Positions 1 to 11,071 of a DNA stretch of 32,781 nt are shown here, piece by piece. A program made the translations under genes and the position numbers. A model generated the notes under the pieces. The model saw only the letters and a list, made by a program, of their open reading frames with translations, did not search any database and had not been told where the DNA came from. Where the stretch lies: NCBI RefSeq assembly GCF_001194135.2, contig NC_068987.1:66529560-66562340 (forward strand). The letters run 5' to 3'. Source of the DNA: Octopus bimaculoides. Its lineage: Eukaryota. Position 1 is the stretch's first letter. Each line of letters begins with the position of its first letter.

Positions 1-1279
1 TGTGTGTGTGTGGGTGGGTGGGTGTGTGTGTGTGTGTGTGTGTGTTTGTGTGTGTGCGTATGTGTGGGTGTATACATATAAATGTTCTGTCATGTACTCC
101 TATTTCGGTTTGTGTCTACAGTTTATGTATGTTGAAGTATTAAGTTTATGTTCCTTTGCATCTATGCCATATTATTAAGCAATGTGTTATGTTCGTCTGT
201 AATTAAGTTCCGCTAGCATGAAAGCTTACTTGAATTACATTCGTATATGTTCTTTCTATTCTTTGTTTAGTTGTTGTTCCTTATCTTTTCGCTTTCCGGT
301 GTTTTCAACCTTCCATCCTTTGCATCTACTTTCTTGACACCTCTTCACCTATTTTCCTGTAGTATATCCTCCTGTTTAAACTTGTATGTGCCACGTCAGC
401 ATACTCTAGAGAGTGTGTGAAGCCACCATACGTGTTACAAAATGCTGTCTGAGTCGTTTACATTGCATGAAACTATTAATAGCTCATAAAAATATTTACC
501 TCTCAGGAAATGGAGTAACATTTTTTTGCTGGTCATATATATATATATACAGAGTAATACCTCGATTTTCGAGCAACTCTGAACNNNNNNNNNNNNNNNN
601 NNNNNNNNNNNNNNNNNNNNNNNNNNNNNNNNNNATATATGTATATATGTATATATTTATTTATATATGTATACTTACATACACACATAGATATAGATAG
701 TTGTGCGTGTGTGTGTGTGTGTGTGTGTTAGGAGACCGCGTGCATAATTTCAGTCAAAAGATTTTTTAAACTGAGTGTTAGTTATAGATATATGAAATAC
801 TTCAAGTTAGAAGGGAAGAGGAGAAACTGTTACTGATGAGGAATGAATTCTTGAAGAAGTCCCAAATATGCTGGATATCCATACTTCAATAAACATTTGC
901 AGAAGAAACACTCGAGACATGAAAAAATTAATTAAAAAATCCCCACCCAAAACTAAAAATCCCTAGCATTTGTGTGTATGAGTTTCGGAAACTTGACAAC
1001 TTTACCAATATAGATAGGCATTGTAACCTCTTTGTCATATGTGACAGTTACAGCAGACTACACATACAATATTATACTTTAAGAATTAAAAATGAAATAG
1101 TTTTCACCAAGCAACTATTGTATAAAAGAGGCAATGACGGACCGTCTACACTAACTTGTAATCGGAAATTTTGCTCAGATTTCACAATTGTCGAAGTCTA
1201 CACGTACGATGAGCGGGCTGCCTAAAATGCCAACACGTTAACGTCTTATGTGGCAGGAATTTCTACATAAATCAATATA

Positions 1280-1835
1280 CGAGGGTGAGTCAAAAAGTAA
1301 TGTCATTTTGTTTTGGACAGGTTTAATTACCAACAGAAGAACATGTATCATACATCAAAATGAAGCTGGTCCTCCGTGGATGTCATCCCTACTTCTCAAC
1401 ATTGTCACCGTTCCTCTCAATAACAATGCTCCACCTTCGAATGAGAGCATGTATCCCTACACCTTAACATTCTGTTGACTGTTCTGTGAGCCACTTCTTC
1501 GCTACTTCCATACTCACCAAATTTAGCGCCTTCAGACTATCATCTCTTCGGCGCCACAAAAGAGGGTTTGAGAGGCAAACGTTATTCTATGACGAAGAAG
1601 TGAAAACTGTAGTGAAGAAGTGGCTCAAAGAACAGTCAACAAAATTTTACGGGGCAAGGATACATGCTCTCATTTGAAGGTGGAACATTGCCATTGAGAG
1701 AAACAGTGACAATGTTGAGAAGTAGGGATGTAATCCACAGAGGATCAGCTTCATTTTGATATATGATAATGTTCCTCTGTTGGTAATCATAGCTGTCCTA
1801 AACAAAATGGCTTTACTCTTTGACTCACTCTCCCA
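1280..1835 (+). mobile_element. Non-autonomous mariner (Tc1/mariner) fold-back element with ~220-bp inverted arms
   Basis: Starts TA|CGAGGGTGAGTCAAAAAGTAA (TA 1278-1279) and ends TTACTCTTTGACTCACTCTCCCA|TA (TA 1836-1837). 1280-1500 is the diverged reverse complement of 1614-1835. The centre encodes LLPYSPNLAPSDYHLFGATKEGLRGKRYS, then after a frameshift YDEEVKTVVKKWLKEQSTKFYGARIHALI*RWNIAIERNSDNVEK*. Confidence 0.92.
1502..1725 (+). pseudogene. Mariner transposase C-terminal remnant (YSPDLAPSD-type motif to stop), frameshifted with an internal stop
   Basis: Manual translation gives YSPNLAPSDYHLF from 1511, matching the mariner YSPDLAPxD motif. Terminal TAG at 1723-1725. Confidence 0.9.
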
Positions 1836-3849
1836 TATTGTCATCTGTGTGATGCTCTGGTAGAAATATAAAGAGATATTTCTGGTGTTGAAAAGACAAA
1901 TTTCTACTACATTAATTACATCAGATTTGATATAAGAAAAAAATATTCAGACAGTCACAGGAGTCGGCTTCAGACAGTCGCAAAAATAAAATGATAAATT
2001 GCTGAGAATGATAAATGTTGGTGTCTTCTGATTCGAAAGCAAAATTTTTTCTACACAGTTTTATTTGTTTGCAGTTGTACACCTAATCCTTTGCTATGTT
2101 TCTTAGAAATAGAAAACTTGGTGTTTCGGATATAAAATGAGAAACACTCAATCAAGTAACTTCAAATTTATGGATTCCCAGCCTACGTTGAGTATATGTG
2201 TTCGATAATATTTTGAACACGAGCGCTGCTTCTGATTCATATTTGAATTTATTCCTACGTATGCATCGTCAGGGCATACCAGCTGACGGTTTTTACATTA
2301 TTTTACGGATAGTCGTAGAGTCGTGATTCAGTTTGCCGCTAATTCAGTTTAGGTACATGATGTTATAAACCAAACAAATGTTCAAAAGTCGATGTCCATC
2401 GCTTCTGAATGGAATTTAGGGTGCGTTGTGTGATTCTCTAGCGTGTAGAATGATGTGAATGAGTTCTTAACACTTGTAAAGTTTGTTAATATAAGAAATG
2501 TATTGTGAATAAGATATGTGGTCATCGAGTAGCTGTTTTCGATGAAACAATGAAAGAAATTGTCATGCGTTAGTGTTAGAATATTTTTATTTCTGAAGTT
2601 TTACTATTTTATAAATTTAGAACTGAGGTAGGCAAAGCATGCTCCACAAAATGTTATGTATTTCAAATACACATTCTTCTCACATGCAGTATTCTTTTAA
2701 TCATAATTTTTCTTACATAATGTTCGTTCTGCATTATTTTTTACAGGTTCACTACAAATCTTTTCCATCCTTTAGTTAATTCATGTTACTTACGTTCCAT
2801 TTTTGGAAATAACTATCAATTTTCAGAAAAACACCAACTTCATGTTACTGAGGTATTTAATCCATTAATTGCTTTATGTTTTACGCTTTAGTATACAGAA
2901 GGTGTTTATATTAGACTCTGTGTGTGTGTATGTGTGTGTGTGTGTATGTGTGTGTGTGTGTGTTTCTGTGCATGTGAAAATATGTTATGTGCACACACAC
3001 ATACACACACGACACACAGATAAATTTATATATATTCATATATAGGTATACGTATTTACATATATACACACACACATATATACGTATAAGTGTGTGTGTA
3101 TAGATATATATATATATATATTCTTTTATTCTTTTACTTTTTTCAGTCATATGACTGCGGTCATGCTGGAGCACAAGCGTTCACAAGAGATCAACAGAAA
3201 ACTGACATTGCGAGAGAGATGTTTATATATCTATAACTAACAAATGAAAGAAGACAAAATGTAGGTTGTAACTAAACAAAAATAAAACATATTTCAATTG
3301 AAAATTTGAAAATGTCTCAAAGCCGAAGTGATTTTTGCATTAATATCGATTTATGTGCATACCTCATTCAATGTCTATTTTTTATTTTATTTTATTTTTC
3401 TTTATTTCAATAGTCTTGTTCTATCGTTTATGATCTGTAAGAGTAAGAGAACAAAAGATCAATAAATCTAATGCAAGTGTACTTGTATTAAAATAAATGG
3501 CAATATATGACGTCAATTTCTTTAAATACGCCCTTTCAATGACATTAACAAAAAAATCCACTCTCTAGTTGTGTCTATTTTATATTGATTATAAAGCAAT
3601 AATTGCGTGTTGTTATTAATCATTAAGAGAAAGTCGAGTGCATTCGAGTGGTGGTGTGTGCTGTAGCACACTTAATAACGGAGATATAAATGACATCATT
3701 TTCATTTTTGTTTCGCCTCCCAGCGTTTCAAGTGGTATTTACAAGACCGATAAAGGAAGGCGGGGTCTGATGTCGTCGTTTACTTTACAAGGAAGAGCGG
3801 CCATACCGCGTCGAATAATACGCTATAGTACCAGCTCAACAGAGGGGAA

Positions 3850-4109
3850 ATCGTGAAAATAGATAGCGTACCGCTAGATAGGTCAGGGCTTCGATCCCTT
3901 CTTATAATTAGTCGGCTGGACACAGAATCTACTCTAGACATAGCATAAAAGCAAAAACATCCTCAGATATAGCAAAAGCATCGTGAAAATAGATAACGTA
4001 CCGCTAGATAGGTCAGGGCATCGATCCCTTCTTATAATTAGTCGGCTGGACACAGGATTTACTCTAGACATAGCATAAAAGCAATAACATCCTCAGATAC
4101 AACAAAAGC
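3850..4109. repeat. 130-bp tandem duplication (2 copies) with a partial sub-repeat after it
   Basis: ATCGTGAAAATAGATA(G/A)CGTACCGCTAGATAGGTCAGGGC... begins at 3850 and again at 3980. The copies differ by a handful of substitutions. Confidence 0.95.
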
Positions 4110-4378
4110 AACATCTAGAGATATAACAAAATCAAAAATTGAAGGCGATTTACATTGCCATGAAATTTGCATCAAACGTAACTTTTTATGAAGCAACGTT
4201 ATAGATCCAATTTCTGTGCAAATAGATTCTACAACTTATTTGAGAGACAATCAGCTGAAATACAGCGAGGGCACAACAATGCTAATGAAAATATACCGAA
4301 ATAAGCGGTTACGCCTTATTTCTCTAAACACACATAAATCCATGCATGTATCTATGTATACGTATACTTACAAGCGTG

Positions 4379-4412
<34 letters not shown>

Positions 4413-4580
4413 TATANNNNNNNNNNNNNNNNNNNNNNNNNNNNNNNNNNNNNNNNNNNNNNNNNNNNNNNNNNNNNNNNNNNNNNNNNNNNNNNNNNNN
4501 NNNNNNNNNNNNNNNNNNNNNNNNNNNNNNNNNNNNNNNNNNNNNNNNNNNNNNNNNNNNNNNNNNTATATATATATACA

Positions 4581-4669
<89 letters not shown>

Positions 4670-5104
4670 ACGCATGTATATATGTGTATATACATGTATG
4701 TATGAATAGGAGGTTGAGGTACATGCGTGTGTGAACAATCATCGAGCATTCGTGTAACGTGTGCAGAAGGTAATGGTAGTGATATCAACATTCTCATTTG
4801 TAGCACTATCCCAAATTTATATCACAAAATTAATCTCATCACCATTACAGTGATATAGCCTCGCGAAATTATTCTGGCGACTAGAATTTCATAAAGCTGA
4901 ACTCCTTCGTTTCACTGACGTATTCGGTGTGATAAGAAAGAGGAAATACGACCCCTGAGTAAAGTAGAAATTATCTGAAAGTAATTTCTACCCACGTGCA
5001 TATACCAGCACTTATTTATTGGTACACACACACGTACACACACACACACACACACGCACACACAAACACACACACGAATATATATGTGTGTGTGTGTGTA
5101 GATG

Positions 5105-5305
5105 AGAAACAAAAAATGGAATTCAGCAGATTCTGTTCAAAACCATTACAATATGTTCAATACATCACGCATCTGTACCTTACAGGTAATATGGTATACA
5201 GTCAATTGTCGTGCATTATATGTACAGATGCGTCTCATCGGAAGATTTTCAAGCAGTACCGCGTTTACTTGTGTTTCGTTTATTTCTCTAACAATACATT
5301 TTAGT
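5105..5305 (+). repeat. Old diverged repeat, inverted relative to 6320-6525
   Basis: 5197-5236 matches the reverse complement of 6397-6436 at 34/40 positions. Weaker similarity extends on both sides. Confidence 0.7.
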
Positions 5306-5638
5306 TAGCGTAGCATTACATCCGTCTCCATAATGACTTGAGATAGAATTATTCTTATACAAGCAATAAAATCCTAAAAATATGTAAAGAAAGTAAACTA
5401 ACATACACGAATAAGGATTCAGAAGTTAAAATGAAATAAAATAAAAATGGAATACATAGATAATAATACAGTGTTAAATAAAAAATATGTTTACGATATC
5501 AGAATACAACAATAAAATATTTATACAGACCTTCAGATCTGATCAATACAAGTTAGCATTATATGTATATATCCATACACATATACATATACGTACTCAT
5601 ACATATAGCTAGATATAAACACACACAAACACACACAC

Positions 5639-5725
<87 letters not shown>

Positions 5726-6319
5726 TGTACATTATCTATCTACTTATACGAAGATATATATCGGCCAATAAATTATACTATAAATATAGAGAGATGTATG
5801 CATCACAGACATTGTCTGCCTTGCGCTGCGTTTAATCTAATTATTTAGAGGGAGACAGAATATGAGATCAAACCTGAAACTTATATAAGGAGACATAATT
5901 GTAAACAGCATAGAGGGAGACGGTCAGAATAAACCACGAATAAAAAGAAGACACTAAAAAGAAAATACATACTGAAAATTAGGAACGCCCAAAATATGAA
6001 GTATAAATATAACCCAGTAGATATTGACACTTCCACATTGTATATTAGCAACAACAAACCCAACAAAACATATAAGAAGTTGGATGTTCTGTGGTATAAT
6101 TCTATCTGAAATTGCTAAGAAAATCTTATAGTGTAAATGGTTTCCAAGTTCTAACAGATACCACAGGATTTTTTTCAGATAACATATGCAAATTCAAGTA
6201 ACCGAGAATAATATATGCATATCATGAAATTAAGACAGAAAATATCTAACAGAGTTACTGAGAGCAATCTGAGGGATGGTCTATATAATAAGGACTTTGT
6301 TAAGAAGCATGTTCCAATA

Positions 6320-6525
6320 ATTACAAGGAAATATTACTGGGAACTAAGCAAAATAGCAAGTAAACAACAAGATACTTACCTGAAAAACCACCTGAGGAAA
6401 CGCATCTTTACCTATAAAGCATGACAATTGATTGTACAGAATCTTAGCTGTACGGCAGGGTGAATGATGAGTTGAAGCGATTGTAGTAGTTTTCAATAAA
6501 GTGTCTCGTGAATTCAATTTTCTTT
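6320..6525 (-). repeat. Old diverged repeat, inverted partner of 5105-5305
   Basis: Same alignment as the 5105-5305 feature. Shared GAATTC, TCAATTGTC, GATGCGT and GTTTACTTG anchors occur in colinear order. Confidence 0.7.
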
Positions 6526-6665
6526 CTGTTGGATAACATCTGTGGCGTGGAGATGGGAGGTTGCTATGCATGAGCGACTGTTGGTCTTCCATAAACAACC
6601 TTGCCTGGAATTAGTAAGGGAACTTTCTAGGTGCAATTCCATTGTCATTCATGACAGAAAGGATT
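6525..6665 (+). mobile_element. 3' tail fragment of an octopus-type SINE
   Basis: GGATAACATCTGTGGCGTGGAGATGGGAGG...GGTCTTCCATAAACAACCTTGCC...ACTTTCTAGGTGCAATTCCATTGTCATTCATGAC resembles an octopus SINE 3' region I recall. Not verified by search. Confidence 0.6.
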
Positions 6666-6676
6666 TTTAATCTTTA

Positions 6677-7074
6677 TGAGCTAAAACACTCTAATTCTGT
6701 AGTTAACACACTTGAATGAAAACATATACACTAACAGGGACCATAATCGTCCGAAAAGTGCCGATCGATAATGCTTAATACTGACGCGTCAGATTTGGCA
6801 ATTTCCGTCGCCTCATCGTTTAAACCAGCTCGCCTTCTGGCTCTTTCCGGATTCGCTTCGCCATTAGTATTTATGTTTTCCTCATCCAAATAATTGGACG
6901 ATTTAGCGATTCGCTAATGTGTATATATAAAATTAATATGAACAGCAGTTTGCAGTGTTTCACGCATCAGTATTAAGCATTCTCGATCGGCACTTTTCAG
7001 ACGATTATGGGCCCTGTTAGTGTATATGTTTTCATTCATGTGCGTTAACTACAGCATTAGAGCATTTTAGCTCT
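6677..7074. mobile_element. MITE with ~112-bp terminal inverted repeats
   Basis: 6678-6789 (GAGCTAAAACACTCTAATTCTGTAGTTAAC...AATACTGACGCGT) is a ~90% reverse complement of 6962-7073. TA flanks at 6675-6676 and 7075-7076. No ORF in the ~170-bp spacer. Confidence 0.88.
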
Positions 7075-7152
7075 TATCTATAGCAATGTAGGTATTGTCT
7101 GACACCCTAGTCGCATTTAGCGACATTTGTAATTCTCCTTTTTGGTGAAACA

Positions 7153-7695
7153 TTGCAAACTGCAGCTTATGTTAATTATATACTGCTGAACTTGGAAGAG
7201 ATACCAAAGCAAATAATACTAGCGGACGAGACCACACTAGGAATCATGGTGGAGGGAAGAAGTCCAATGCGCTTTAAGTGTGGACAAAAGGGCCACATAA
7301 AAACCACGTGCCCATCGATCCTACAACCAGAAGCACCGCTTCAACCTAGCAACCTACCACGATCTGAAAGCAGTGGGGAGCCAACCAGCACCGCGACGAA
7401 GCAACCCATCAGCCCACCACAAACTGATGACCTGAAGGAAGACAGAAGGAAGTCAATCAACACCACAATGGAACAACCCATCAACCCACGACAGATTGAC
7501 AACTTGAAAGAAGACAAGAAATCGACCAACACCTCGATAAAGCATCCCACATCAAAGGTGCCACAGAAGGAAGCGGAGAACCCCAAGAGGGACACCCCGA
7601 AGGAACCACCACCAACCTTGTTTGAGGAGAGCGACGACAGATGGACAACAGTCATAAAGAAACGACAAATGAAAGGTACCCCCTCGCAACCATAA
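7153..7695 (+). pseudogene. Non-LTR retrotransposon ORF1/gag-like remnant with degenerate CCHC zinc knuckle
   Basis: GIMVEGRSPM-RFKCGQKGHIKTTC-P at 7270-7311 is CX2CX4HX4C with the first Cys changed to Arg (CGC, one change from TGC). A Pro/Thr/Lys-rich tail ending WTTVIKKR follows. No ATG start and no recognisable ORF2 downstream. Confidence 0.7.
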
Positions 7696-8588
7696 CAAAT
7701 AACACCAAAAACAACTAAAACCCCGCAACCACGACATACACACAGAAACCACAAACATCCTACTCAGTTACCGCAAACAAAGAACCCATGAAAAACAAAG
7801 ACAACCATAAACCCGCACTCACACCATACACACACACAACACACAAACATCCTACTCATTTTTCCCAAACTAAGCCACATACAATCCATTCACACAAGAC
7901 ATATCACCGCCAGCAACACCGAAAAAACCCCCCACCCTAGCTAAACATACATATAGAAACTTACGCGTTACCCTATATTTAGCCCCTCCATGTCCGAACA
8001 CCAGCGAACTCATCGTGGCAGTCGTGTTGAAAATCTGCAGAAGAATGTGAGAGCGGGAAAGACAAGAGTAAACCTAAAAGAGGTCGGGGTGAAGAACTAA
8101 GACAGAGACAGTAAGGACCATAAAGAACCATAAAGAGAGAGTAAACAAACATAAGTAAGTCGCATGGGTAGAGAGGAAATATTCAATTACAGTAAAAAGA
8201 AGAGAGAAAGATAAAGACGGACAGAGTGAAAGAATGAAAGGAGAGAAAGACGTGTAAAGTCTACAGCAACAGAGGGTGACGTTGATAGATGGGTGAAAAT
8301 CTAAGAAGGCTATATGTACTGCGAATATTCAAGAAAAATCAAAAATGGAAGTGATTAGCAGAAAAGTACAAAGGACGAATAAACGTGGAAACCCTCTCAC
8401 CAGTCATGTAGAATTGACTACTAGGTCAGTTTCGGCGCGTCTTTTAATCTGGAGGCTTTAACTTCTTTGGTACTACTCGTCTACTTGCATCAGAGGTATA
8501 AAAACCGTCACTGAAGTGATGAACCAACGTGGGCTGGAAATTAAGGATCAGAACCTAGGAGTCTGTGTGTGAGTGTGTGTGTGTGTGT

Positions 8589-8639
<51 letters not shown>

Positions 8640-8652
8640 GAATCTGTGTATA

Positions 8653-8916
8653 CAGTAATCTCTCGCCATATCACGGCTCATATGTCGCGCACTCAGTACA
8701 TCGCAGTTCACCTATCACGCACTCAGTACATCGCGGTTCCCCTATCACGCACTCAGTACAACGCGGTTTTTCTGGCTAATATATGTAAATTTATATCGTG
8801 GACTCCTTAGTATATCTGGGTTTCTACGGCCGATAGATATTTATATTACTTTAGGTTTTATTTATCGCTGTAGGTGGTTTTGAAACGTAACATCCGCAAT
8901 AGTCGAGGGATTACTC
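8653..8916. mobile_element. pogo/Tigger-like MITE
   Basis: TA|CAGTAATCTCTCG at the left and CGAGGGATTACTC|TA at the right form imperfect TIRs with a TA target duplication (8651-8652, 8917-8918). Confidence 0.8.
8684..8770. repeat. 30-bp minisatellite (~3 copies) inside the Tigger-like MITE
   Basis: (A/G)TC(A/G)CGCACTCAGTACA(T/A)CGC(A/G)GTT recurs at a 30-bp period. Confidence 0.92.
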
Positions 8917-8984
8917 TATATACATTGCACAATTAACTCTCTGTATATAGACATTAGTACACATCTATTATATAAGTATACATA

Positions 8985-9149
8985 GGCGCAGGAGTGGTTG
9001 TGTGGTAAGTAACTTGCTTACGAACCACATGGTTCTGGGTTCAGTCCTACTGTGTGGCACCTTGGGCAAGTGTCTTCTGTTTTAGCCTCGGGCCGACCAA
9101 AGCCTTGTCAGTGGATTTGGTAGACAGAAACTGAAAGAAGCTCGTCGTA

Positions 9150-9189
<40 letters not shown>

Positions 9190-9406
9190 CGTGTCTATAT
9201 GCTTGTGTGTCTGTGATTGTCGCCCCAGCATCGCTTCACAACCGATGCTGGTGTGTTTACGTCCCCGTAACTTAGCGGTTCGGCAAAAGACACCGATAGA
9301 ATAAGTACTAGGCTTACAAATAATAATTCCTGGGGTCGATTTGCTCGCCAAAAGCGGTGCTCCAGCATGGCTGCAGTCAAATAACTGAAACAAGTAAAAG
9401 AATAAA
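8985..9406 (+). mobile_element. tRNA-derived CORE-like SINE (family A), full length, with internal (TA)n
   Basis: A-box-like TGGTTGTGTGGT, B-box-like GGTTCAGTCC, and CCTTGGGCAAGT resembling the MIR/CORE motif. Internal (TA)n at ~9146-9190. 3' end CAGCATGGCTGCAGTC...AAACAAGTAAAAGAATAAA. Homologous to 13770-14468. Confidence 0.85.
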
Positions 9407-9464
9407 GAGTATATGTAGCTGTGAGCGTGTGAATGTGCGCGCACGCACGTGATCGTGTGTGTAT

Positions 9465-9739
9465 AAGACAGGGAGAGAGAACGAGAGAGCACGCGCGTGA
9501 GGGAGAGTGAGAAGAGAGAGAGAGAGAGAGAGTGAGAAGAGAGAGAGAGTAAGAAGAGAGAGAAAGTGAGAAGAGAGAGAAAGTAAGAAGAGAGAGAGAG
9601 TAAGAAGAGAGAGAGAGAGTGAGAAGAGAGAGAGAGTGAGAAGAGAGAGAGAGTGAGAAGAGAGAGAGAGTGACAAGAGAGAGAGAGAGAGTGAGGAGAG
9701 AGAAAAGGAGAGAGAAAAGGAGAGAGAGAGAGAGAGAGA
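9465..9739. repeat. (GA)n polypurine tract with a GTGAGAAGAGAGAGA higher-order unit
   Basis: Direct inspection. It explains the SL-rich ORFs 9082-9792 and 9377-9676. Confidence 0.95.
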
Positions 9740-10202
9740 AATCGTGTGTGTGTATATGAATGTATGAGGAAATTGATTAAGATCTGCATCACTTAAACAT
9801 TCACAATGGCATAACTTCGAACTTTTGTAACAGCCTTTTTCCCCTTTAACGACAAAATTATTACAAGTGCAGAATGAATTATTTATTATACTTGTTCAGC
9901 TCATGTTACCCTGCGGTGTATATTTAATGCTAAAACTTCAATTTTCTTAAACACATATAGTTTATATATCGTTTCATCTAGAGAATAGTATTATCTATCC
10001 ATGGAACCAGTTTCCGCTTGAAATGGTATATAAATCATAGAGAGGCAAACTTTATGAATAACGCATGTAACTGTGCAACTTCTGATGCATATAACGATTA
10101 ATTGAAATTGGGAAACTTTTTTAATTATATATATGTGTGTATATGTGTTCACATATAGTTTTAGTTGAATAAACACAACACATAGAACTCTACAAACAAA
10201 TG

Positions 10203-10253
<51 letters not shown>

Positions 10254-10699
10254 NNNNNNNNNNNNNNNNNNNNNNNNNNNNNNNNNNNNNNNNNNNNNNN
10301 NNNNNNNNNNNNNNNNNNNNNNNNNNNNNNNNNNNNNNNNNNNNNNNNNNNNNNNNNNNNNNNNNNNNNNNNNNNNNNNNNNNNNNNNNNNNNNNNNNNN
10401 NNNNNNNNNNNNNNNNNNNNNNNNNNNNNNNNNNNNNNNNNNNNNNNNNNNNNNNNNNNNNNNNNNNNNNNNNNNNNNNNNNNNNNNNNNNNNNNNNNNN
10501 NNNNNNNNNNNNNNNNNNNNNNNNNNNNNNNNNNNNNNNNNNNNNNNNNNNNNNNNNNNNNNNNNNNNNNNNNNNNNNNNNNNNNNNNNNNNNNNNNTGG
10601 TGGTGGTGGTGGTGGTGGTTGCTGCTATTATTTGCCAAAAGGAAAAATATTGTGTTATAATAATAATAATAATAATAGTAATAATAGTAATAATAATAA

Positions 10700-10905
10700 T
10701 AATCTAGTATATCCAGCAAGTTTGAGGAAAGGCTAAGACGATTACATCGACCTCAGTGCTGAACTGGTACCAAATTTATCGACCTCGAAAGGATGAAAGG
10801 CGAAGTTGATCTAGGCGGATATTAAACTCAGAAATTAATATCGGACGAAATGCCACTAATCATTTTGCCCGGTGATCTAACGATTCTGCCAGCTCGCCAC
10901 CTTCA
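10700..10905 (-). mobile_element. tRNA-derived SINE (family B) with (ATT)n flanks
   Basis: The minus strand reads GGTGGCGAGCTGGCAGAATCGTTAG...TTTCATCCTTTCGAGGTCGATAAA...GTACCAGTTCAGCACTGAGGTCGATGTAATCG. Homologous to eight other copies in the window. Confidence 0.88.
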
Positions 10906-10917
10906 TAATAATAATAA

Positions 10918-11071
10918 TCCTTTATACTATAGGCACAGGGCTTGAAATCTAGGGGATGATTATAGTCGATACATTGGCCCCAGTGTTTCACTGGTACTTA
11001 ATTTACCGACTCCTTAATTTATCGACCTCGGTGGAAATTGAACTCAGAACTTGGCGACGGGTGAAATACTT
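10918..11071 (-). mobile_element. 5'-truncated family B SINE joined to the LINE fragment
   Basis: Contains TCGACCTCGGTGGAAATTGAACTCAGAAC and CCAGTGTTTCACTGGTACTTAATTT but lacks the GATTCTGCCAGCTCGCC head. Confidence 0.8.

Noticed and set aside
548-584. TACAGAGTAATACCTCGATTTTCGAG, similar to the Tigger-like TIR at 8651
   Set aside because: Only ~35 bp precede an N-gap and no partner TIR is visible.
4964-4991. 10-bp-arm hairpin GTAGAAATTA/TAATTTCTAC
   Set aside because: Expected by chance in ~30 kb of AT-rich DNA.
6380-6604. Apparent 225-nt minus-strand exon with branch point, CCAG acceptor and CAG|GTAAGT donor, open in phase 0
   Set aside because: The acceptor half lies in a SINE-like tail and the donor half in an old repeat arm with non-coding-type divergence. 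The peptide is unrecognised. Exonisation cannot be excluded without RNA-seq.
7341-7758. Minus-strand ORFs of 137 and 68 aa
   Set aside because: They are antisense to the ORF1-like frame, and the AC-rich bias suppresses stops.
8985-9060. tRNA gene
   Set aside because: A/B-box-like motifs are present, but there is no cloverleaf and the sequence continues into a SINE body.
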